Source: a virus. From it: 31,885 bases of DNA. How positions within the stretch are numbered: the stretch's first letter is position 1; the number at the start of each line of letters is the position of its first letter. The position numbers were made by a program, and so were the translations under genes. The DNA lies in IMG/VR virus record IMGVR_UViG_3300013002_000047, positions 1 through 31,885 of that record; one strand, 5' to 3'. Shown piece by piece: positions 6,818-13,760 of this stretch. The notes under the pieces were generated by a model. It did no database searches. It saw only the letters and a program-made list of their open reading frames with translations, and was not told where the DNA came from.

Positions 6818-8539
6818 TCAGAATGACTTAGGAATCCGAAACTTTTGATTCTCAATCCATTCTCTATCGGTATTAGAGATATGTTCACCAACATTTACCT
6901 CCCATAATTCTATGGTTTCTAATACCGCTTCGAAGTTATGTAACCTTTTATAATTCATAGCCATACGCTTGTATAACTTACTGTGTTGGGTAAATCCATC
7001 ACACAACAAGTCATTAAGGATTTTATTTGAGTATACAAAATCCTTTTCATCAATAGCAATACGATTTGCTTTAACAAACTTCTTTATAAATCTATTTTTC
7101 CTCTGTTCATCTGTTTCAACCACCCTAACCTTAGGCATTGCCCATCTCATTTTAAGTGTCGCATGAGCTTTAAAATGAGTTCCAAGTGTCATTCTTTCAA
7201 TCTCATAAATACGTTGCTCATACAACACATCATTTTCAGCTGAATGTTGTGCTAAATTTAATACACCAACATCTTCTTTGTAATACGCAATATAATCATC
7301 AACTCTATGATGACTCCATCCTTTATTTGCAAAATACTTACCAATAATCATAGTATCCCCAAAGGGATTAGTTAAGTCTCCTAACTCATGTTTATGCATG
7401 TTAAATCTTAAAAACGTCAAGTCAAAACCAATATTATGACCTATTAAAACATCATTACCAATAAATGAAATAAACCCCCGTAGCAACAGTTCTATGTCTA
7501 ATCCACTGTCAATATCTTCTTGTTGGATAGGTGAATTTTCTTTTAGAAATTTAGATAGGTATGATTTATTATTAAATCCCTGGAACTTGTCAATTATTGC
7601 TCCATCTCTAACTTTAACTGCAGCAATCTGAACAATTAAATCTTCCTCATAATCAAATCCAGTTGTTTCAACGTCTACAACTACATATTCATCGAAGAAT
7701 TCAATTCCTGTACGCTCATAATTCAAGTAAAAATTCCGATATTCAGGGTCATCAATTCCCGAAGGAACTGGCATATCTGCTGTTCCAGATTCACGCCTAA
7801 ACTCATCTATTTCATCAAGTAAAGTAGTATTATTTGTATCATTTTCAATTGAATCTGATGTTGGAGGCATATCTTCATGAATAACTTCTAGAGTAACTAA
7901 TTCATCAGGTTCACCTAAATATTCATCAACATCTTCAATCATTACTTCCTCATGAATGGGCTCTTTGCCTGATTCAATATTTGAAGTTTCTTGAGGTAAA
8001 ACAGTAGGAATTTCAACTAATTCTCTTTCTGCTTCAGCTTCATCTGACTCATAAATATTTTCCGTATGATTAACAACAGCATCTAACGCTTCATCATTGG
8101 TAAATTCATCTCTGTGACGCAACGAGTAAATGAAGGTGCGTATCATAAAAATGATAGCCCAAACAATCCATCCAAACACACCCAGTAACATGGGAACAGG
8201 CACTGTAATACCCAGAAGGAAGATAGGAATAACGCTGATAAACATCCACTTCATTTCCTTTTGATACTTAGCTGGCCAGTGACGATAGCTCATCTTTGAC
8301 TCAGGTACATTCTCAAGGCGCTCTGTGAGGCTTCTATGTGGCTTCTGAATCTTCTTAGCACCCTTCTCATCGACCCAGCTAAGACCGGTCCCAGGTATGC
8401 CCACAGTGGTTCTAGTGCGACCATTGGCCGTCTTAGTGTAGCGTGCCCCTTTAGTCCCCACAGACCAGCCAACACCCGACTTAGAGGCGTTAATTCTGAC
8501 CGGTCCCATCTTAATTGATTTGCGGTATCTCATTCCCAT
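6818..8539 (-). CDS. DUF4236-like N-terminal domain, transmembrane segment and DEDDh (DnaQ-like) 3'-5' exonuclease fusion protein
   Basis: 573 aa. N-terminus MGMRYRKSIKMGPVRINASKSGVGWSVGTKG. Hydrophobic stretch FISVIPIFLLGITVPVPMLLGVFGWIVWAIIFMI. Acidic linker. Exo motifs VVDVETTG, GHNIGFDLTFL and HSAENDV. Confidence 0.75.
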   Translation of the reverse strand: MGMRYRKSIKMGPVRINASKSGVGWSVGTKGARYTKTANGRTRTTVGIPGTGLSWVDEKGAKKIQKPHRSLTERLENVPESKMSYRHWPAKYQKEMKWMFISVIPIFLLGITVPVPMLLGVFGWIVWAIIFMIRTFIYSLRHRDEFTNDEALDAVVNHTENIYESDEAEAERELVEIPTVLPQETSNIESGKEPIHEEVMIEDVDEYLGEPDELVTLEVIHEDMPPTSDSIENDTNNTTLLDEIDEFRRESGTADMPVPSGIDDPEYRNFYLNYERTGIEFFDEYVVVDVETTGFDYEEDLIVQIAAVKVRDGAIIDKFQGFNNKSYLSKFLKENSPIQQEDIDSGLDIELLLRGFISFIGNDVLIGHNIGFDLTFLRFNMHKHELGDLTNPFGDTMIIGKYFANKGWSHHRVDDYIAYYKEDVGVLNLAQHSAENDVLYEQRIYEIERMTLGTHFKAHATLKMRWAMPKVRVVETDEQRKNRFIKKFVKANRIAIDEKDFVYSNKILNDLLCDGFTQHSKLYKRMAMNYKRLHNFEAVLETIELWEVNVGEHISNTDREWIENQKFRIPKSF

Positions 8540-8558
8540 AATCCGTACTCCTATCTTA

Positions 8559-8630
8559 CTATTTTAACAATCGTGACCAAAAACCTTGCTTAGGAGCCTT
8601 CTCTGTGGCTGGTGTCTCCCCTGTACGTTC
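8559..8630. repeat. about 70-bp direct repeat, copy 1 (paired with 9588-9656)
   Basis: Exact 23-mer gctggtgtctcccctgtacgttc at 8608-8630 and 9634-9656, plus a similar ccaRaaMccttgctta block. Confidence 0.85.
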
Positions 8631-8801
8631 TACAACCCTAACTTGCTCAACTACACTGCCGTCTTCAAGTTCAACCTTGGTAGTCGTGGTTGTGACTACC
8701 TTTTCAGTCATCGAATTTGTTACTTGTTTACTTTGGAATACTTCGAGAGCAACAGGAATAATCAGCAACTCACCAAGCTTTGATAACAAGGCAATTATCA
8801 T
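8559..8801 (-). CDS. hypothetical 80-aa protein with a hydrophobic N-terminus and a GETPA...KQGFWSRLLK tail
   Basis: ATGA overlap with the upstream ORF. The C-terminal tail is shared with the 9588-10142 product. Confidence 0.6.
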   Translation of the reverse strand: MIIALLSKLGELLIIPVALEVFQSKQVTNSMTEKVVTTTTTKVELEDGSVVEQVRVVERTGETPATEKAPKQGFWSRLLK

Positions 8802-8998
8802 TCCATCAGCTGACCGTTTACAGTATCAATAAGTATAAAAAATGTATAAGTAAGTAAAACTAACCCAGTTAGCGTATAAAACAATCTTCTACGCAGTACC
8901 GGATGACGCTTACCAAAACTACCACCAGACACAATACTGACAAATACTGTGAATACGATAAAACACAAGCCAAAAATTTGATACCCATCCAAATCCAT
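8798..8998 (-). CDS. hypothetical 66-aa two-pass membrane protein
   Basis: AAGGAG lies 8 nt upstream of the ATG at 8998. Two hydrophobic segments. Confidence 0.6.
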   Translation of the reverse strand: MDLDGYQIFGLCFIVFTVFVSIVSGGSFGKRHPVLRRRLFYTLTGLVLLTYTFFILIDTVNGQLME

Positions 8999-9056
8999 AA
9001 CCCCTACTCCTTATCTTATTACTCAGAACCCACCTATCAGGGTCCATTGTATACAA

Positions 9057-9120
9057 ATAACCCCCATAGAATGCTTTAGAATGGGCATCAACGCCCAGAC
9101 TATCACACCATGGGGGTTAT
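9057..9120. repeat. perfect 11-bp inverted repeat ATAACCCCCAT / ATGGGGGTTAT with a 42-nt spacer containing an inner TGGGC/GCCCA hairpin
   Basis: Arms at 9057-9067 and 9110-9120, in the intergenic region between 9151-9561 and 8798-8998. Confidence 0.8.
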
Positions 9121-9150
9121 CATACAGCCTTGACCGATTTATGGCCCCTG

Positions 9151-9561
9151 CTATTGAGCGTCCATATCGTCATCGTTATCAGTGTCAAATAATCCAACCA
9201 ACTCACCATTTGAGTCTCTAATTTCAACAACAAAAACATTAGCACCAGAGATTACAGGAGACGAACTTCCTCCAGCATAAAGGTATATTCCTGGAGTATC
9301 TTTTTCAAAAACAAGCCCCGTCTTCTCATAAATGTCCTTTTTCAATTCATCCTGGTAGTCTGATTTAAATAACCTATGCACTTCTTCATACGAAACAATT
9401 GAGTCCCCCATAAAATGCTTTATAATCCAACGCTTCATGGGTTCTTTTTCTTCAAACAATTTATTAATATCGGCTTCAAGAAGAGGCAACTTCTGATTCA
9501 AATCTCTTGAAAATCTTCTTACATGTTCAATCTTTACATTGTATTGCTTTGACGTTTCCAT
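9151..9561 (-). CDS. hypothetical protein (136 aa, AT-rich gene, acidic C-terminus)
   Basis: The ORF-track ORF starts at a GTG (9576). ATG at 9561 has GGAG 9 nt upstream. The product ends ...FDTDNDDDMDAQ. Confidence 0.65.
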   Translation of the reverse strand: METSKQYNVKIEHVRRFSRDLNQKLPLLEADINKLFEEKEPMKRWIIKHFMGDSIVSYEEVHRLFKSDYQDELKKDIYEKTGLVFEKDTPGIYLYAGGSSSPVISGANVFVVEIRDSNGELVGLFDTDNDDDMDAQ

Positions 9562-9587
9562 AATAAAAATCTCCACTTGTATTGTGT

Positions 9588-9656
9588 TTACTTAAACAGT
9601 TTACTCCAGAACCCTTGCTTATGGTTGTTATCAGCTGGTGTCTCCCCTGTACGTTC
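9588..9656. repeat. about 70-bp direct repeat, copy 2 (paired with 8559-8630)
   Basis: See copy 1. Confidence 0.85.
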
Positions 9657-10142
9657 ACCCTGCAATACGCTCTCTTCAATCTGCTTTGTGGCCTGAGCTT
9701 GAAGACGCTGGCTCTGGTCTGCTAGTTGCGCAAACTTATCGGCATAGGTCCTAACATCCTCCAGAGCTGAGATGTATTTCTCATTGAGCGCATCATGGTC
9801 CTGAGACAGCTTCTCAACTTGTTCCTTAAGTTCATCGTTGGCGTCTTGTATCATAGACCGTTCACTCTTAAGCACCTCAGCTTCTTTGGTGATACGTGTA
9901 TTCTCTTCCTTTAAACGTTCGATTTCTGCCTGAACACTTGCCAATTCCTTCAGTCGTAAAGCGTTCCCTGATACAGCACCACTACTCTGGTCAATCGTCA
10001 ACTTTTGGTAGTCCTCATCAGAAATACCTGCATCCGCTAAGTCATCGATGTTGATTCCCAATCGGTCTGCACGCCTGTATAGAGTGGCCCTGGTAATGCC
10101 AATGTCCGTAGCAAGCTTTGCTTTTGAATCAAAGTGTTTCAT
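9588..10142 (-). CDS. HTH DNA-binding protein with a long coiled coil and a C-terminal amphipathic tail
   Basis: 184 aa. N-terminal KLATDIGITRATLYRRADRLGI helix-turn-helix. Heptad-rich middle. Tail GETPADNNHKQGFWSKLFK. GGAGG RBS. Confidence 0.75.
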   Translation of the reverse strand: MKHFDSKAKLATDIGITRATLYRRADRLGINIDDLADAGISDEDYQKLTIDQSSGAVSGNALRLKELASVQAEIERLKEENTRITKEAEVLKSERSMIQDANDELKEQVEKLSQDHDALNEKYISALEDVRTYADKFAQLADQSQRLQAQATKQIEESVLQGERTGETPADNNHKQGFWSKLFK

Positions 10143-10210
10143 GGTGTACCTCCGTATAATCCATAGTTCAGCTATTTACTTACATGATACCACGCAGTAC
10201 GAACCGCGAT

Positions 10211-10323
10211 ACGATACAAATCAGACGATAGGGGAATCTTTATAAAAGAATGGTTGTTCACTTATACGTATCAAGGCCTGTATCGTCATAACAACTGAAT
10301 AGGGGTCTGTTTTACGATACAAA
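10211..10323. promoter_or_regulatory. ACGATACAAA direct repeats plus an inverted GTATCGT upstream of the HTH gene (candidate operators)
   Basis: ACGATACAAA at 10211 and 10314. GTATCGT at 10280. All lie in the 5' leader/promoter region of 9588-10142. Confidence 0.3.
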
Positions 10324-10355
10324 AAAGACATCCCAAGATGGTGCTCTGGAATGTC
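10319..10355 (-). terminator. minus-strand intrinsic terminator closing the ORF-free block
   Basis: On the minus strand: GACATTCCAGAG cacca TCTTGGGATGTC (with G-U pairs) followed by TTTTTTGT. Confidence 0.55.
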
Positions 10356-10358
10356 CTA

Positions 10359-11298
10359 AAAGATTACGCTTGATTTCAGCAAAGTCATTATATCCACAAA
10401 GGTCCATATAAAGCCAGCATCACGTATACCAATCAAAGGTTACATAATCTTGATTATACTGAGTTGCCCAATTACCAAGGGCTCAAGGTGGATTGCTCAA
10501 TCAGCCAATTTCACAAAGTCATATAAGTCCCTCTGGGGCATTTCACAAGCGCCATAGGTGGTCAAATTTCACAAAGTAGACCACTGATACATAATAGGCT
10601 GTGGTATCACTGGCTATCGCATCCAGTGAACCTAAGAGGCAACCAAACGCTATCCACCACGCACGCTGGACAAGTTCGATAATGTGAAGCCGATAAGGTT
10701 GGAATCACGCACGATAGGTAACAACCGGCACTTAGTAGCCTCACCGGCAGGCCAGCCACCTGATTGATTCCATCAATAAAAGCTCTTGACGTGCAAGACC
10801 CAATCAGCCACTTTGAGCGCTTGTCATGCTCCGGAGTATACAGTTGTCCCCTGAGTAGGAATCACAGAACAAATAAATGCTCTATGATGTTGGACAACTG
10901 CTCTAAAGCCACTTCTCACGAAGCCACGACCATCGAAACTCTGCTTGTTGTTAATCAAATCCTCACGCCTCTGATACTCCTACGTGTAATGGTTTCCCAT
11001 CGTGGACATGCCTTTCTGTACCTCTGCCCTCAAACGCCCTATATGAGCCTCTGAGAGCCTTTTAGCCACCCTGTCTGTTACCGGTAAGTAACTTCTGTTT
11101 TTACCATGCGATTTCTCGTTTAGGCTTTGCCATTTGGCTTGGAAGCATCAAAGACCGCTTACGCTCCCCGCACCCCTTAGATGTGAAGCAGTCACACCTT
11201 TGGGCATCTATTTGAATAATCGGGGTTGATGTTCCCCGCCATTGCTGGATAACCTGCTAACGGGGGTCTAACCCGTTGCCAAATGAACCTATAAGTAC
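10359..11298 (-). ncRNA. about 0.94-kb ORF-free, GC-richer, hairpin-dense block bounded by two minus-strand terminators (candidate large structured RNA or origin; strand inferred)
   Basis: No ORF with an RBS in any frame. Hand counts of lines 10681 and 10741 give 29/60 and 31/60 G+C. Many GC stems, including CAGTTGTCC/GGACAACTG and two GNRA-loop hairpins. Confidence 0.3.
10508..10576. repeat. three direct copies of ATTTCACAA(A)G
   Basis: Copies start at 10508, 10540 and 10566. The 12-mer TTTCACAAAGTC recurs inverted at 31218-31229. Confidence 0.8.
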
Positions 11299-11353
11299 AA
11301 AAAAAAGATTCCATACATTACGTGCCTTCATCTAACACGCTCTGTACGGAATC
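11299..11353 (-). terminator. minus-strand intrinsic terminator
   Basis: On the minus strand: GATTCCGTAC ... GTATGGAATC followed by TTTTTTTTGTAC. Confidence 0.6.
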
Positions 11354-11401
11354 CTTGAGTAATCTCCTGACCTTTTACAGTCCTGTTTGGAGCCTTACCT
11401 G

Positions 11402-11429
11402 TTGATTACACTTCTTGATATGGTATAAT
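11402..11429 (+). promoter_or_regulatory. plus-strand promoter TTGATT-N16-TATAAT with TG extension
   Basis: TTGATT at 11402-11407; TGgTATAAT at 11421-11429. Confidence 0.55.
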
Positions 11430-11534
11430 GATTATACGAAATCAGGAAGTTAAAAACGTGCCATATGAGTTCTGGTCATTTGGCACAGCTCGTAACTGAA
11501 GTTGGTAGCTTCTGTCACTTGCCTTTACTGATAT

Positions 11535-11563
11535 TTAATTGATAGACTAAGTTTATCAATTAA
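11535..11563. promoter_or_regulatory. perfect 10-bp inverted repeat TTAATTGATA-N9-TATCAATTAA (operator or RNA hairpin)
   Basis: Read directly from the sequence. Overlaps the -10 region of the minus-strand TTGACA promoter. Confidence 0.6.
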
Positions 11564-11579
11564 TCCGGCGTTTTGTCAA
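11550..11579 (-). promoter_or_regulatory. minus-strand promoter TTGACA-N18-TAAACT
   Basis: The consensus -35 is the reverse complement of 11574-11579. Would yield an RNA of about 250 nt ending at terminator 11299-11353, antisense to the 5' part of the plus-strand RNA. Confidence 0.4.
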
Positions 11580-11656
11580 GATAACCCCTTGGGCTATCAA
11601 GGTTTAAGCGCATACACAGCATATTTCTACTCCATAGAATTGCTAAACATACTGAA

Positions 11657-11694
11657 GCTTGTTGTTTGTCCTCCAAGACACAACAGGCTTTTTT
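11657..11694 (+). terminator. plus-strand intrinsic terminator
   Basis: GCTTGTTGT ... ACAACAGGC (9 bp including one G-U pair) followed by TTTTTT. Confidence 0.65.
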
Positions 11695-11796
11695 ATTACC
11701 CTAAAAACACTCCCTGACAGCGTTTCTGTGTAACAAAGTGGACCAAATACCACTAAGTAATGAACTTTTTGGACCTCTGAGAGCAATTCTTATACA

Positions 11797-11854
11797 CAAA
11801 AAAAGCCCCCTGACCGAGCATAGGACCGTTAAATCCTAAGCCAATCAGAGGGCT
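11797..11854 (-). terminator. intrinsic terminator after the endolysin gene
   Basis: On the minus strand: AGCCCTCTGA, a 31-nt loop, TCAGGGGGCT, then TTTTTTTGTG. Confidence 0.65.
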
Positions 11855-11859
11855 TTATC

Positions 11860-12960
11860 TTACTTCTTTAGCAATTCTCCGGCGTTATACCAGACCATGC
11901 CATAGCTACCTTCAACGATTCCAGCACCGTTTGAAGCGCCATCATAGGCATCAATCGTACCATTATCATATCCAGCCATAAACTTCACTGTGTCACCCAC
12001 CTTAGTTGGCGCAACATTTCCACGTGTCACGTTGTCTAATATGGCCAAAGGAATACCGTTCATTGTACAATCAACATCCTTACCACCGGCCATATCATAG
12101 TTGATAGCTTGCCACATGCCGTTTACATAGGCAATCTTGTCCACCTTGAACGTGCCATAGGCTGTGAACCTATCACCGGCGTTCTTGAATTGGTCAATGG
12201 CGCTTACCTTAGCAGGCTTAGCTGGCTCCACAACAGGGTCTGACTTATCATCTGAGTTAACCACTGGTGTTTGACCAGACGTGAAGAAATTATCATACAG
12301 CTGGTTCACATCGAACACACCATAAGAGCTACGGAACGTTGCTGAAGAGCTCCATTGCCAAGCGTGCTCAGTTGAGTAGTAATTTTGCGTTGACGTAGGC
12401 ACATATGGGTATGACGCAATCCAGGCCTTCTCACCAGCTGGCGTCACATCCATATGAGAGCCCATTGTGTACGATGTTGAGCGATACCCACCAACACGGG
12501 ATACCTCGTTCTCAAAGGCAGTTGCTACGGCTTGCATGTTTGCTCCCATTGCCATTTGCGCTGGTTCTTCAATATCAGCTACCAACACAGCACCGACTGT
12601 CAACCCGTCAGCTTGCGCCATTGATACAGCATATTGTGCTTCTGCAATCGCACCAGCCACCGTTGTTGCGTGGAGGTAGTGATAACCGTTCACATAGATG
12701 CCAGCCTGTTGAGCTGAGGCGATGTTACCCTTGGCCGTCCAGTCATGATAGGTGGTACCCTCGGAAATCTTGGTCACCATGGCTTTGACACCATAGGTAT
12801 TCCGCATATCTGTCCACTCAGGGGCCGACATAGCGCCATTGTGATTTGATACATCGACCATGTCAGTTCGTGGAGTGTCCGCATGAGCCACCGTTTGATA
12901 GCCGGCCGTCAAAAATACCGCTCCAGCAATTGCCAGGGCGGTTCTAAGAATTTTATTCAT
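11860..12960 (-). CDS. endolysin: GH25 muramidase with an N-terminal Sec-type signal peptide and a C-terminal SH3b-like wall-binding region
   Basis: 366 aa. Signal-like MNKILRTALAIAGAVFLTAGYQTVAHA-DTP. GH25 motifs VDVSNHNG and VLVADIEE. Sits at the end of the lysis module. Confidence 0.85.
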   Translation of the reverse strand: MNKILRTALAIAGAVFLTAGYQTVAHADTPRTDMVDVSNHNGAMSAPEWTDMRNTYGVKAMVTKISEGTTYHDWTAKGNIASAQQAGIYVNGYHYLHATTVAGAIAEAQYAVSMAQADGLTVGAVLVADIEEPAQMAMGANMQAVATAFENEVSRVGGYRSTSYTMGSHMDVTPAGEKAWIASYPYVPTSTQNYYSTEHAWQWSSSATFRSSYGVFDVNQLYDNFFTSGQTPVVNSDDKSDPVVEPAKPAKVSAIDQFKNAGDRFTAYGTFKVDKIAYVNGMWQAINYDMAGGKDVDCTMNGIPLAILDNVTRGNVAPTKVGDTVKFMAGYDNGTIDAYDGASNGAGIVEGSYGMVWYNAGELLKK

Positions 12961-13270
12961 TTATCGTCTCCTTCATCATCTTTACTGCGGTCTCGATAGC
13001 ATCATCAATCTGCTTAGCAGTAAACCATTTGCCCATACCGTGCTTTAGCAAAGCATCGTTAAGTTGCCTAAGAGCCTGAGCCTTCTGTGTCTGGCCTCCA
13101 GTGAAGGTAACCTCTGTGTACTGAACAGCCCGTGATGCAATCTTGAGTAACTCGACCAGGCGCCTATTGTTGGCAAAATGCTTTGATAGGTACCCAATGA
13201 GCAAAATTAAAAGCGCTGGAGCAATACCTGACTGCCATAGCGCTTCTGCAAACGTTATTAAGTTATTCAT
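12953..13270 (-). CDS. holin (LL-H-family-like)
   Basis: 105 aa, with N-terminal hydrophobic helix GIAPALLILLIGYL. Lies immediately upstream of, and overlaps, the endolysin gene. Confidence 0.65.
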   Translation of the reverse strand: MNNLITFAEALWQSGIAPALLILLIGYLSKHFANNRRLVELLKIASRAVQYTEVTFTGGQTQKAQALRQLNDALLKHGMGKWFTAKQIDDAIETAVKMMKETINE

Positions 13271-13487
13271 CGTGATGCTCTCTCCAATCTTCGATTATAG
13301 ATAGACGCTTCTCATGGTCATCAAGTCGTCTGTCGTAGGACTTAAGGGTTTCTTGTAGCCCAGCAATGGTCTTATTTAAGCTGTTGATTGACTTAACAAA
13401 TGTATGTTGAATGACAAACCACATCGCACCAGCTAATGTCGCAACCACTGTAAGCCAACCTGCTAAGTCGTGTGGGAAGAATCCCAT
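13263..13487 (-). CDS. second holin-like / membrane protein (74 aa, one TM segment plus a coiled coil)
   Basis: WLTVVATLAGAMWFVIQ hydrophobic segment. Overlaps the holin start. Confidence 0.55.
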   Translation of the reverse strand: MGFFPHDLAGWLTVVATLAGAMWFVIQHTFVKSINSLNKTIAGLQETLKSYDRRLDDHEKRLSIIEDWREHHDE

Positions 13488-13499
13488 AATTCTACCCCG

Positions 13500-13760
13500 C
13501 TATTCCGCTACTGTATTAGCAACCTTATCGGCCACCTTATCGGCTTCTGCAAACACCGTGTCTTGGAATGCTGACCATGCTGTCCGAAAATCAGATAGAT
13601 GTTCACGATAAATGACACCATCGTTGATGTAGTAGCCCATTGATGGAACACCATATTGGTCAATCGAACCACTCAAAGTTGCGTAGTTCACTGTGCCACC
13701 ATCTTCTGCGGTGATTGATAGCTGTTCGTTGAATTGCGTTGTCTTATCAATTTGTGCCAT
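13500..13760 (-). CDS. hypothetical protein (86 aa)
   Basis: ORF-track ORF. TAATG overlap with the upstream small ORF. Confidence 0.6.
   Translation of the reverse strand: MAQIDKTTQFNEQLSITAEDGGTVNYATLSGSIDQYGVPSMGYYINDGVIYREHLSDFRTAWSAFQDTVFAEADKVADKVANTVAE

Larger units (their letters stand above)
11436..11695 (+). ncRNA. candidate plus-strand small RNA of about 260 nt (promoter to terminator, no credible ORF)
   Basis: Bounded by the promoter at 11402-11429 and the terminator at 11657-11694. Internal hairpins GTGCCA/TGGCAC and TTAATTGATA/TATCAATTAA. The only ATG ORF is 25 aa and lacks a spaced RBS. Confidence 0.4.

Noticed and set aside
10764-11054. 96-aa plus-strand ORF in the 1.7-kb gap; I also looked here for a decayed integrase or repressor
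   Set aside because: It uses a non-ATG start, lacks an RBS and has an implausible Cys/His/Ser-rich composition. Minus-strand translation in all frames is broken every 15-30 codons, and I could not see the R-H-R-Y tyrosine-recombinase motif series.
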